Positions 30,897-43,169 of a DNA stretch of 64,000 nucleotides are shown here, one piece after another; positions within the stretch are counted from its first letter, which is position 1, and the number at the start of each line of letters is the position of its first letter. The DNA comes from the human T2T-CHM13v2.0 reference genome, Homo sapiens. The notes beneath the pieces are model-generated. The model saw only the letters and a list, made by a program, of their open reading frames with translations. It ran no database searches and was not told the origin of the DNA. Location of the stretch: the NCBI RefSeq assembly GCF_009914755.1, contig NC_060929.1. One strand, written 5' to 3'. Both the position numbers and the translations under genes were made by a program.

Positions 30897-32015
30897 TAGA
30901 TTTCTTTATATTGAATTAGTATAGTAATGTTTTGCTGGAAGATGAATAGATAAATAGTCGATCTAAGCAAATTCCAGAATGCAGCCAAAAGAGAAAGCAA
31001 TAGAACAAATAAAGGAAGATAAGAAAGTTAAAAGGGCAGGCCTAATGAATTTAGAGTTCCAAGAATAGAAAAAAACAGCAGATAAAAGAGAACAGTATTT
31101 GAAAAAAAAAAACAAAAAAACAATGACAGAATTTTCCAGGGTTGGTGAAAGATCTGTCCTCAGATTCAGGTTCACAGCAACTGGAAACTAGATAAATAGG
31201 AATTCTAACTCTACACATGTTCGAGGACAACTAGACTGTTGAAGACAGATAACGAGTTTTTAAAAACAACCAAAGGCACAAGATATTCTTCCTAACTTGC
31301 CTTCAATCAAGAATTGTATATGCAGCAAAGCCTCATTTAAGAGTGAAGACCTCATTCACAAATCAAGTCATTGTAAAACAAGCGACACTGAAAGAAATAC
31401 TAGAGATGCAAAATTGAAAGGTCAACCTGCAAAAAGAAAAAGAAAAACTTAAGAGAATAGCTCTGAGGCCCAGAATTGCTACAATATAGTATCTAAAACC
31501 TTCAAATGTAACAAAAAAATTACAAGACATCCTACAAAACTGGAAGATGAAACTCACACTAAGGACAAAAAGCGGTCAATATCAACTGGCTCTGAATGGA
31601 CCAAATATTTTATTTCTGACGAAGACTTCAACACAACTATTAGAAATATGTTCAAGGATATAAGAAAACATGACGACAGTAACTCCAAAAAGGTAATCTC
31701 AATAGATAAATGAAAACCACAAAAAAGAAACAAACAGAAATTCTGTAGTTGACTAGTACTATAAACAAGCTGAAAAACTCACAAGATGTGCTCAAATGCA
31801 GATTTGAGATGGCAGAAAGAATGAGTGAAACTAAATATAAATCAACAGAAATTATCTAATATAAAGAACAGGGAGAAAAATATTGAAAGTAAAACAGGAA
31901 CAAACTAAGAGAAATTTGTAACAGCATGAAGCATCCCAACACATATGTAACAGGAATACCAGAAAGAGAGCAGAAAAAAAGAAAATGGAAAATGTATTTA
32001 AAATTAAAGGCTTGA

Positions 32016-32308
32016 GGCCAGGCATGGTGGTTCATGCCTGTAATCCCAGCGCTTTGGGATGCCAAGGTGGGCAGATCACCTGAGGTCGGGAGTTTAAGAC
32101 CAGCCTGACCAACATGGCAAAAACTTGTTTCTTCTAAAAATACAAAAATTAGCCAGGCATGGTGGTGGGCACCTGTAATCTCAGCTACTTGGGAGGCTTA
32201 GGCATGAGAATCGCTTGCACATGGGAGGCAGAGTTTACAGTGAGTCAAAATCAGGCCACTGCACTCCAGCCTGGGTGACACAGCAAGACTTCATCTAAAA
32301 AAAAAAAA
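32016..32308 (+). mobile_element. AluS (Sx/Sp-like)
   Basis: Full dimer with A tail; TSD aaaattaa(ag/tg)(g/t)cttga at 32000-32015 and 32305-32320. Confidence 0.95.
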
Positions 32309-32857
32309 TTAATGTCTTGAAAACTCCCAAATTCAGTTAAAAAATTAAGTCTACAGATCCAAAAAGTTCAAGGAACTCCAGGCACGATAAAAACAAAGAG
32401 TTTCATACCTGGATACATCATAGGGAAACTGTTGGAAGACAAAGAAAAAGAGGAAATCCTGAGAGCAACAAAACAAAGTCAACGCATGCATAGAGGAATA
32501 ATAATAGTGGTTGCCTTCTCACATAAATGCTAGAGATCAATAATCAGTGGAATAATATATCATGCTGAAACAAAACAAACATTATTACCCAAACATTTCA
32601 TTTCCAACAAAACAGTCTTTTAAAAATGACAACAAAGACATTCCCAGATAAATATAGACTGAGAATTTATTGCTAGCAAACCTGCATTGTAAGAAACACT
32701 AGAGAAAGTTTTTCAGGATGAAAGGAGATGATATTAGATGTTAACAAGAAAAAAAGAAAAATATCAGGAATTATAAACGTATTAGTCAATATAAAATATG
32801 ATATGTATATGCATATATTCTTATATGTGTGTACATATACATATATATTCCTTTATT

Positions 32858-33153
32858 ATTATTATTTTTTGAGATGGAGTCTGACTCTTGTCACCAAGGC
32901 TGGAGTGCAATCCTGTGATCTCAGCTCGCTGCAACCTCCACCCCCTAGGTTCAAATGATTCTCCTGCCTCAGCCTCCTGAATAGCTGGGATTACAGGTGT
33001 GCACCACCACACTCGGCTAATTTTTGTACTTTTAGTAGAGATGGGGTTTCACCATGTTGACCAGACTGGTCTCGAACTCCTGACCTCAGGAGATCTGCCT
33101 GCCTCAGTGTCACAAAGTGCTGGGATTACAGGCATGAGCCACAGTGCCCAGGC
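32858..33153 (-). mobile_element. AluS (Sq/Sx-like)
   Basis: Full antisense dimer with (TTA)n tail; TSD tattcctttatt at 32846-32857 and 33154-33165. Confidence 0.95.
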
Positions 33154-33769
33154 TATTCCTTTATTCTTAATTCTTTAATAAACATGTAATTGTATAAAGC
33201 AATGATGATTACACTATATTGTTGAGTTAATTATAAATATTTATAATATATATGTTACATACATGTGTTTAAATATTTTTTCACTTGCAGATGTATACCC
33301 ATACAAACATGCATCCGTGAGGGAGATGAGAGAGTAGAATTGGAGATGTATTAAAGTTACCATATTTTATTGTAATTAGGTCTATGTGTACCTAAAATAG
33401 ACTGAAATAAGTTAATATATATGCATACATATATATGTATTATATTTATATATATATCCTTATGGCACCTCAGTTAAAACAATTCTAAAGTATATAGTTA
33501 AATGTAAATGGAATTAAAATGGTACAATAAAAATATTTCTTTAATACAAAAAAGTAAAAGAGAAGCAAAAATACACACAAAACACATAGGAAACAAATAG
33601 GAAAATGGCAGACATAAGTCCAATCCTACTAAAAATTACATTAAATGTAAATGGACTAACATTCAAGTCAAAATGCAGAGATCATCGTACTGGATAAAAT
33701 ACAAGATGACAATGCCCAATTATGTACTACTTACAGGAGGAATATTTTAGATTCAAGACACAAATGCAA

Positions 33770-34023
33770 GTTAAAGCATACAAAGTTTTAGTTACATAGG
33801 ATAAATAAGTCTAGTGCTCTAATGTATGACATGATGACTGTTGCTAATGATATTGTGTTGTATTTTCAAAGAGAGTAGATTTCAGATATCCTTAACATAC
33901 ACACATACACAAAGTGGTAACTATGTGAGGAAATGAATATGTTAATTTTCTTGCTGTAGTAATCATTTAATTAAGTATATGTACATCAAAATATCATGTT
34001 GTAGACTTTATATACAACAAAAA
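33770..34023 (+). mobile_element. L1MA (MA8/9-like) 3' end nested in the older L1
   Basis: aaagcatacaaagttttagtta...gagagtagatttc...ggtaactatgtgagg...tatgttaatt...catgttgta is an L1MA 3' UTR; possible TSD aag(a/g)ca(c/g)aaatg at ~33755 and ~34022. Confidence 0.8.
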
Positions 34024-34173
34024 GGCAGAAATGGGTGTCTTTATATATATAAACTAATTATATATATTATGTACATAATATATACATATATGTATATATA
34101 TCATTCACATTCAAACATTCACTGTCAATAAGCTGGAATGGCCATTCTAAAATCCAACAAAATAGACTGTTAA

Positions 34174-34683
34174 CAGCCATGTTCCATCTCTTACACAATT
34201 CTTCCAAGAAATGTCCCAGGACCTTGAGGACACTTGTTTAAATTTTCTGCTGAAAATTTTATTCTTGTCTGCAGCTGATCTGGGTAAAATGGTTTTGGCC
34301 ACCCTGAAATGAAAAGTTTGCTCAACTTGAATTTTTCAATCAGAATTGTGTAAACTGAACTGACTGAAAAGTCTGTGGTGTTGGCTGTTATTTATGCTGT
34401 TCATTGTTGGTGATCTTTAATCAGGGCACAAATAAGATTTATATTTTCCTTGCAAATTGATGTGCATTGTCTACTGAGGCCTGCTTCATGTTCAACATAG
34501 TCTCACTCTTTCTTAAAACAAGTTATCGCTTTTTAAACTTCTGATTTCTTTGGGGCAAAGTCTTGATAAACTTTTTTAAAGTACAAATGATTTCACCATT
34601 CTTCCACCCAAACTTCACCATAAATTTGATGCTTGTTATTGTTTCAATTTTAGCAGAATTCATGTTGCTCGAATAGGACCCTG
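34174..34683 (-). mobile_element. Hsmar2 mariner transposase fragment (N-terminal half, frameshifted)
   Basis: Minus strand from ATG at 34663 reads MNSAKIETITSIKFMVKFGWKNGEII, later SVYTILIEKFKLSKL, PKPFYPDQLQTR..LNK and DGTWL. These match recalled Hsmar2 (MNSAKIEARTNIKFMVKLGWKNGEI...PKPLRPDQLQTR...GDETWL). Confidence 0.92.
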
Positions 34684-34706
34684 CTTTGTGCTTTGTCTGC
34701 AGGGTC

Positions 34707-34835
34707 ACTATCTCAAGAGCAGCAGCAGGGAGGTAACCACCCCCGTGATTCAATGACATCTCACCAGGTCTCTCCCATAACATGGGGGGACAATTCAAGA
34801 TGAGATTTGAGTCAGGACACAGTCACACCATATCA
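34707..34835 (-). mobile_element. THE1/MST LTR 5' fragment
   Basis: cccccgtgattcaat...caattcaagatgagatttgagtcaggacacag..accatatca. Confidence 0.8.
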
Positions 34836-34844
34836 CTTTTATTT

Positions 34845-35100
34845 AGAGAAAATTATAACATTTTATTATAGACAAATTTGTTAAAGATCTAAATTGAATG
34901 GAAAGATATTTGTATATTGGAATTCTCAATATCTTAAATTTGTTTTTCCTAAATTTGTTTGTAAATTTAATACATTTCCAATTAAAAATCCTTACTGGGT
35001 TTCTCAAGGAGCTTGAAAACAAGCCAAAAATTTCTGAAGGAAGAAAACACTGGAGTGCTCACCATGTTAATTATCAAAACTCATTATCATAAAGCATCAG
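34845..35100 (+). mobile_element. Old L1M ORF2 fragment
   Basis: aaagatctaaattgaatggaaagata...aaatttaatacatttccaattaaaaatcc resembles L1 ORF2 (DLNKWKDI/FNAIPIKIP region). Confidence 0.65.
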
Positions 35101-35555
35101 TGCTGTGAGTTGAATAATTGTGTCCCTAAAAAGGTATGATCAAACCCTAACCTCCAGTACCTGTGAATGCAACTTTTTCTGGAAACAGGGTCTTTGTAGA
35201 TGGAATGAGTTAAGATGAACTTATTATTGGAGTAGGGTGCGCTCTAAACCCAGTACAACTGTGATCTTACAAGAAGAGGAGAAAAAACACAGAGGCAAAC
35301 AAAGAGAAGCTAAAGCCGTGTGAAGATGAAGGCAGACATCAGAGGAATGCGTCTACAAGCCAAGGATGCCCAGCGACCATGGAAACCAGGAAAGACTGGC
35401 CGGGTTCCTCTCTGGAGCCTCCAGAGAGAGATGTTCCTGCAACCCTTTGATTCTGGAGGGTGCTGAGAACTGTCCCCTGAATCGAGAGAGAATCAACTTC
35501 CATTGTCTTCAGCCACCCACCTTGTGGCACTTTGTTTGACAGGTGTAGCAACTAA
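35101..35555 (+). mobile_element. MLT1C-like solo LTR
   Basis: tgctgtgagttgaat...cagtacctgtgaatg...ggaaacagggtctttgtagatg...ctacaagccaaggatgcc...gagcctccagag...ttccattgtcttcagccaccc. Confidence 0.85.
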
Positions 35556-35871
35556 GGGGCATGGCAATAAACACACTATAGGATGGGCACAGCGACAGAC
35601 AGCAGGCAGGAAGAAAGATCCGAAGCCCACCCACCCTGCCTGGGAGCTCTGCAGCTCACAGAGGTGGGACTCCAGGCCAGCGGAGGGTGGAGGACTTAGT
35701 GACTGGTCTGGAAAATTAATTACCCATAGGCAAAAGTGAGGAGTCTGGGGTTCCCTAACTTGCATGATACACAAATTAAAAGAGTAAATATGTTAGGGGT
35801 AGCTTTGCAACTTTTGTAGGAAAATATTTTTATGGCTTCATCATATAAACAGATTTCCAAAACAAGACTTT

Positions 35872-35955
35872 AAAAAATAAAAGCATGAAGGAATAAAATA
35901 AAATAATAAATAAATAAATAAATAAATAAAATAAATAAAAAAAATAAAAATAAAA
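35872..35955. repeat. A-rich (AAAT)n/(AAAAT)n tract
   Basis: Read directly. Confidence 0.85.
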
Positions 35956-38614
35956 CCATGAAGGACAGGACTGTCACATTCAACTCTGTCTGTCAAATAC
36001 AAAGAACGAGGATGAGGCGGGTGGCAGGGGCGCTGAGACTGGCTGCCCGAGGTGCCGCCCTCCCTAGCAAACAAGCAGATCGCGCATGTTCAGGGAGAAC
36101 CCAGCTCTCCACGTCTCCACTTTCGCCGCTTCTTTACCCCTTCAGGAACGTTGTCTGAAAGAAGCCTACACAGATGATTACTGTGGCTAATATTGAATAG
36201 AAGGGGACATTCCTCCTTATCAATCAGCATGTTGGTTGTTCTTCATCCCTGGGAGGACAAGTGGGAGTGTGATCCTCACCTGCCCTTTCACATCTGTGCA
36301 GAAGAGTGTGGGTGTGTGCACTGCATGGGCTTTATGTGAGTTTCTCTCTGGGGATCTAGTCTGTTGCACCATCAGTGCCTTGAGCAAACACTTGGGAAGA
36401 GGACTATTATCAAAAGTGGTCTTTGAACTTAGATCCAGCTGCCATCACTGGGTTGTGCAACCCTGGGGCAAGTGACTAATCCTTGTGGAGTCCACATCCA
36501 GTGACCACACACACACAACCCCTCCTATCTATCTATGTCCTATATCATTGGAAGTGTAGTACTTGGTATTTAATTTAGGAAACCATTGATAGGTTTTTGT
36601 ATCATCTTTCACATTCTGATTTTTTATATAAACTGGAAGACAATGTGATGAAAGCATTGCATCCTAAGCCCCTCTGGCATGAACGGTCCTTGCTAGCTCT
36701 CTCTGCAACCTGATCCTTACACATGAAAACAATGTGTAGTTGAGTGAATTCCTCAAACATCTGTCAGACGGTTTTTGTGCACAAGGCCAAGTGCTAGGCA
36801 AGGATAGTAATCTTGCCTCTAACACAAGGTTGTGACAACAACTCCTGAGAAGTTAAGAATATATATTTCAATGCTCCAATTTACTTTGGAGTTAATTTAG
36901 CTTTTAAGAACACTGGCCAGAAATCTACACCAGAATCACAGTGGTGGGTGGTTTGCCCCCCACTGCTGGTACAGCTGCTAATTATTTTCTTTTCTATAAT
37001 TTTGAGAGCCAGCAGGGCAGTTTGGGGATTAGAATTAGCATACACTTTTAAAGCATCATGGAGAGAAAAAGAGCAGCAGATCCTTTGCCCCTGAGTTCCA
37101 GACTGAGCAGTGGAATCTCGTCTTTGCCATTAAGCAGCCTGATACTTGAGTCACCTGGCGACACTCCCTGTTCCTCAAGCACTTGGCCTCTTGAAAAAAA
37201 ATCCTCCAAAATAAGCTGATAGAGAGGGAGAGGCTTTCTTAGCCTTGACAAGTCTGAGTCCCGCGTGTTCTTTGAGCCACCCTGCATGGTGGAAGAGGTT
37301 GGAGCAGGAATTCCCTAGCTGGGATCCTCCATGTTCGCCTTATGCAGTGGCCCAAGGTGATGGCTGTCATCAGTACCACATCTATGGCTGGAAGCTGACC
37401 TGGCAGCCCACTCACTGGGCTTTAGACGACAGGGTGACCAGGGATGTCCAATTTCCATGCAGCTGGGGAGTCCCTGGATCTACAAATCTGCCCTCGTGTG
37501 TGCAGGCATGCTTTCTGCTCCACCCCAGCTGAGAACCTTCTCTCCCAGGCCTTTTTCCCTCTAAGAGTCTCTGCAGAAAGCCCCAGGACCAGGTCATGTC
37601 TTCCTCATCTTTACGTCATTGCATCAGGCGGTGCCCAGGGACTGACCAGGATGCACTTCCTGCAAACCTCAGTTGGACTAAATGGAAATCCCCGCCCTCT
37701 GCACTGTGGTGCTCTGAGTGGTGTCTGTTCTCTTTCTGCAACTCAGATCCCACCATGCTCTGGGAGCAGCGTAAGGAGGAGGCTCAGCCTGCACATCCCC
37801 AGACCCGCAGTGCACCTTCCCCTGCATGTGGGACTCCAGCCCCTTGGTGTGGGGCTAACAATGTGCATGGCCTCCCGGCCTCCTTGATTTCCCGTCCACA
37901 GGTCGTGACTGGGCTGTGCTCTCTTGGTGCACATGGTCCACCCTCCCACACCTGGCTGGCCTTCTCTGCAGCCTGGCCTGGCTCTGGCCTCCCTGGGTGC
38001 TCAGACCTTCCAAGTCTCCCTCCTTGGCTCTGCCTGCTAAGCCCCAGGGTCGCGGGGGTACTCCTGATCGCCTACCATGCTTATTATTCCTTAGACCAGA
38101 GGTGCCTTAGAGTCTGTACAATCCCAGAGTTTCTGAAAATGCCAGTTCATTGATTAGGAAGCCTTCACGGGCCTGAAAAATCTGATTATGGATGGACTAT
38201 AACCACTCTTGGGAAAAACTCAACTCACTTCCTGGGTTTCCCACACCAGCCACCTTCATGAGCAGGCTCCATACCCTACAGAGCCCCCTGGTCCAGAGGA
38301 GATGTGAGTTCAGGGTCTGTGGTTTGCCCAACACTGCTGTCTCTGAAGTTTCTGAGCTCCTTGGAGTTGCCTAACCATTGCTTGCACCTGTCTCTTGTCT
38401 TGAGTTTTCCCCGTTTGGGACGGGATCCTCCAAGTGCTTCATTGACTCTGGTTTGCTGATGCACCACCTGTCTATCAAGGCTGAGCTCGGTAGCCACTCT
38501 GCAGGGAGACAGAAATGACTTGCTCATTTGGGGCTGCCTCTCTTTATATTTGACTCTTAGCAGCTTCCAAGCTGCGTACTATGCTATTCCATGGGGTGTT
38601 TTATCTTTCCACCC

Positions 38615-38720
38615 AGCCTAGATTATAGATACTCAAGGTTAATGTTTTCAGTGTATTTATCTTTACAATCCCACAGTCTCTGGCCCATAACAGACCCTCA
38701 ATAAATATCTGCTTAATGTG
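38615..38720 (+). mobile_element. L2 3' end fragment
   Basis: tctggcccataacagaccctcaataaatatctgcttaatg resembles the L2 terminus. Confidence 0.45.
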
Positions 38721-40805
38721 CTTCAAATCTGGCTGGCTCAACAAGGGCAGCCGTCTCTCTTCTGTGGCAATGACAACTAAATTATCACTTAGTTCAATTT
38801 ATTACCCATTGATGCAGGTCACTGATTAATCAATGAAAGTATGGGGCTTGCTATGAATCACTGGGATAAGAGAAATGAGTAAAGTCCACACATTCTCGTC
38901 CCCATTCATGCATAGACAAGCCTTATTTAAGATGCAGGCTAAGAAAATGAACATATTCCTTTCAGAGCCTTTGAAAGGAGAACACTGAAGAACCCCAGAT
39001 TGCTTGCTGAAGATTTGCACTAAATTATATTCCTCTCATGATTCCCCATCCCCTCTCCATAATTGTATATTCAAAGCAAATGCATTATTTAAACAATAAT
39101 ATACTCTCTATTAGTCTCTTGCTTTGGGTAAATGGTTGGCTAAAGCAATTACAGGCCCCAGGGAGGGACTTGCAGAAGAGGAACCAAGATGCACCACGGA
39201 TAATATGAGCCTCTACTTTATTGCAATAATTACAGATTTTTATACAGTGTACTGAGGGACTGTAAGAGTGTTAAGGATGCTGTAATGACCAGCAATTTTC
39301 TTTTATGCTAATGTCAGAAAGAGAACACGATGGGGCAACATGGAACTGCACAGGATCCCAGCATGCCTTGCATTTTTGTTTAACGCCCCTTCAAGGCACT
39401 TGTGAACAGAGCTATGATCATCAAAAAGCCACGATATTAAAAACAGATAGGAATTAGCTTCAAGGTAAGTGCAAAATATTAGAAATATGTGAGTGGCATG
39501 AAATCCACTCCTGCGGATATGTGGAAAATGATGACAATGTGCTTGGCCAATTATCCGAAAATGTCATCTGGTGTGCACAATTAAAGCAGGATTCAGTGAC
39601 AGAGATGCAGGATGTTTTTAAATAAGAGAATGAATCTGCTTAGACTGTGGAGGGAGCCTTGATAAGTTGTGTTTCTAGTGAGTTTCCTGCAAAGCCATTG
39701 CCCAGCCATGGGGCTCCTCCCTCCTCCTCTCCCTCCCAGCCCACCACCCTCATGAGCCTGGCATCTGCTCTCCAGAGCCTGGCCCATGCCTCCTTCCTTA
39801 CCTCCTCACCTGCACTTTCTGCTCAGCCCCGTGCATCTGTTACCCCCACAGGAGTTCCCTTTGTGAACACATCTGTCTCCTTTTCCTTCACATTTGAACC
39901 CAGCCATGACCCTTGATTGCCACCCAGACTGTACTGCAGGCACTGGGACTTCATCCGAGCCCTTCACAGGCTGGCCACACTCAATCCATCCCACACTCAC
40001 CCAGGACCATGCATCAGCTGGTGGCTTGAGCCCACATTGGAGCGTGGAGGCCAAAATGTCACTGAAAATGCAGTGAAAACAAATCAAAAGGATTGCAGAG
40101 GCCACATCTCTATAACCATTTATGCATGTTTTCTGCTTGTCTGCTTGTGGGCCATTTCATGCAACTTCACTCTGTTCTTCTCTGTGGACCACCAAACCCT
40201 ATCTCTCCCTTCCTCCCTCTCTGTCCCAGCCTCCTGGCTCCCTCAAAGAGAAGGCACCACCACTCAATTTCCAACCAGACACTTCTCCTTGTCTGTGGCT
40301 CTTTCTGCAGATCCTGCTCCCATTTTCAAGGAAAGATTTCTACCTCCAGCAAAAGTGATGGGCTTCTCATTTGTGCTTGATTTTCAACAAGTTACACAAT
40401 GATAACAACAAAATGCAATCCAAAAATTGAATCTAATTTCGTAATGGTGATAACAATGGCTGCCATTCATCAGGGACTTTCATATTCTAAACTTTTTGCT
40501 AAGAATTTTATGTACATCATCAAAGATTTAATACAAGATATTCAATTGTCCTCACTTGCACTTGGGAGACAGCTGCTTATCCATGACTGCATGGAGGTGA
40601 GGATGGGCAGTGGAGTTTGCACCTGTGTCCAGTCATCACGTGCATGCAGAGTCCCCTGCCACATTATCCATCTTCCCTGTGGCTTCTGCACTTCCCAGGG
40701 CTGTGCCAAGGGATGAGTATCACCAGCAAGGCTGGAGATCCTCATCTGCTCAGGGGGATTCTGGTTTTACTTATTGTGGGATTATTATTATAATTGTTCT
40801 CAGCT

Positions 40806-40942
40806 GGCTGGGTGTGGTGGCTTGCCTGTAATCCCAGCACTTTGGGAGGCTGAGGCTGAGGTGGGAGGGCTGCTTTAGGCCAGGAGCCCAAGACCAGCCT
40901 GGTAACATAGCAAGACCCTATCTCCACAAAAAATTAAAAAAA
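40806..40942 (+). mobile_element. Alu left monomer (FLAM_C-like)
   Basis: ggctgggtgtggtggc..cctgtaatcccagcactttgggagg...aacatagcaagaccctatctc plus A tail; attgttctc repeated at 40793 and 40944. Confidence 0.9.
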
Positions 40943-41211
40943 CATTGTTCTCTTTCACTCTCCAAGTATTCTGGCTTATACAATAAATTACATTCTCAGT
41001 ATGGCCATCCAGTGCTGGTCTCTTTGTGCTCACTAAGGGTGTCAGTGGCAGAGCCTGGAGAGAGCTCAGATCTCCTACCAGGCAAGTCTCTTTCCAGTGT
41101 TGTATTCCTTGATTCTCAGATAGAAAAGTTGAGATTTAATGGAGATTAAATTCAACCAAGTGCAGTTAACACTGTGAGGTTCCAGCATCAATATTGTTTT
41201 CTTACTAGCAT

Positions 41212-41772
41212 TGAGGCAAACACACACTAGGGTGACCCATGAGTCATGCTGTTGTGTAACCCCTAATCTTGAGTGTGGATGGGGCCTGGGACTTGTTTCT
41301 AACCAACCAAGTGTGGCAAAGATGATGGGCTGCCACTCTCATGATTAGGTAATAATGTAATCATGTGAGGCCACTCAGCAGACTCAAGTGAGAGGGTCCT
41401 TTTGTGGCTTTGAAGAAGCAGCTGCCATGCTGTGAAAATGTCATGCAGTAGTGACTTAGGGTGGCCTTTTGGAGCTGAGGGTGGTCCCTGGATGACAGCT
41501 AGCAAGAAAACAGAGACCTTGGTACTACAACCGCAGAGGGACACATCTGCCAGTAATAACAGCTGGAAAGCAGATCCTTCTCCAGTTGAGCCTCTGATGA
41601 CACTGCAGCCCTGGCTGACGTATGGATTGTAGTCTGGTAAGACCCTAAGTTAGGGAATGAAGCTAAGCTGTGTTCATTCCTGTGACCCACAGAAATCCTG
41701 AAATAATAAATGGATATTGTTTTAAGCCACTAAGTTTGTGACAACTTGTTATGCAGCCTAGAAAACCATAGA
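41212..41772 (+). mobile_element. MLT1E/F-like solo LTR
   Basis: cttgagtgtgg..gacttgtttctaaccaa...ggctttgaagaagcagctgccatg...cagatccttctccagttgagcct...ttgttttaagccactaagtttg..ttgttatgcagc. Confidence 0.85.
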
Positions 41773-41789
41773 GATGCCATTATGGAGGA

Positions 41790-42022
41790 GCCTGAGTGAG
41801 TTTAGGGAGCAGCATACACTAGAGTCCCACCTGAGAAAGTTTGAATCTTGACTCCACAGCTTACCTGAAGTGTGAATGTGGGCAAATTAGTGATACACTT
41901 TGTGCTTTAAGAACCTTACCTGTCAGGTGCAGGTAATAATAATGCCTGCCTTTATTATACTGGGAGACATAAATGCATTGAAAAGGCACACACGTGTAGT
42001 AAGCACTGAATAAATGTTAGCT
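41790..42022 (+). mobile_element. MIR
   Basis: tttgaatcttgactcc...gggcaaatta...taataataatgcctgcct...gtagtaagcactgaataaatgttagct. Confidence 0.7.
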
Positions 42023-43169
42023 TCTGATACCTACATGGACAAGAGATACACCATAATACACATTTTAAATTGTTGATTTGGAAAAATGTACATGTTTGAA
42101 CACCCATGAATTACTTGATTTGACCTTGTTCTTCTAGTTGAGATTTAATGCTAAGCCTTGTGCAAACATCATTAAAAATATACTTCTCCGCTCTCTAGTT
42201 AACAATTTAAAAGAGATAACATTGAAGCAAATATACACATGAAAACATAAAACAAATGTGTAAGATGTGCGCAAACATAAAACATAATTAAGGTTGATGT
42301 TTTCAGTGTGCATGCTGAGTGGTATGGTGGGTTTGATGTTTTAATATTTGCTCAGGGATGACTTGATGGTTTCTGACTGCTAACGGCTGATGGGGGAAGA
42401 CGATTCCAAGGTAAGAGAGATGCACCTTGAGATGACAATGGAGACATGGGTGCTCCTCGGGAGGTGGAGGTTGGTTCCTCAGCTCAAAGGGACACCTCGC
42501 TGCTGGGGAAATGGATCATCCCTAGGGAATGACAATGAGCAGGGTGCCATTTAAATGAGCAGCAGTGAGTAAATGTTGATGCTGTTCATGAAAGCACAGA
42601 ACACGGAGCCCAGCAGCAAATCCCAAGGAGTCCAGTAGTTAACTTCAAACATTGGAACCCGGAGGCAGCCAAGTGATGCGTGTGCATCTGGACGTTATTC
42701 TGTGATGTCCTTTTCTGCAAAATAAACACCAGTAGGAAGGAGCTATTGAAATAAGATGCCAATAGTGCTCTGAGAAACTGAGTGATGTGTTAACTTTCTC
42801 TTCCTTCTCCCTTTCTCTCTCCCTTTCTTTCTCTTTATTAGTTTTTGTTTGTTGTTTTCTCTAGCCTTCCTAAAAACTAAATATCATGGGGGTTGGACAG
42901 AAACATCCAATGTGCCTTGGTGCGTATGTGCCCATCCAGGCAGGCAAGGGACACTTCTGGTTCTTCCTGTCCCTTCAGGGGCAGACCCATCACATCCCAG
43001 GGAAGAAGTGGGACTTCAACATTGAACAGGGGCTCCTGCATTGGTTTAAAACTCTATGATCATCTTGTCCAATCTTACACAGAAGAACAGCCCCTGGAAA
43101 CTCTATAGGGCCCTCTGTTCTGGAGACTTGGGGTCAGAATAACATTTTCCTTCGTGTTTGCAGGCATTT

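Larger units (their letters stand above)
30935..33770 (+). mobile_element. Ancient L1M (L1MC/MD/ME-like) ORF1 region into ORF2 start; possibly two fragments; interrupted by two Alus
   Basis: A-rich old-L1 ORF1-like sequence. From 33605 it reads MADISPILLKITLNVNGLN, the L1 endonuclease N-terminal motif. ORF2-like sequence resumes at about 34112-34172. Confidence 0.75.

Noticed and set aside
34523-34798. 91-aa ORF as an LTR-driven domesticated mariner fusion (SETMAR-like)
   Set aside because: Chance read-through from LTR sequence into about 30 Hsmar2 codons before a frameshift; most of the catalytic domain is absent.
36420-36850. Faint MIR and L2 relics (also ~15500-15565, ~40450-40640, ~56000-56410)
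   Set aside because: Similarity too degraded to set boundaries by eye.
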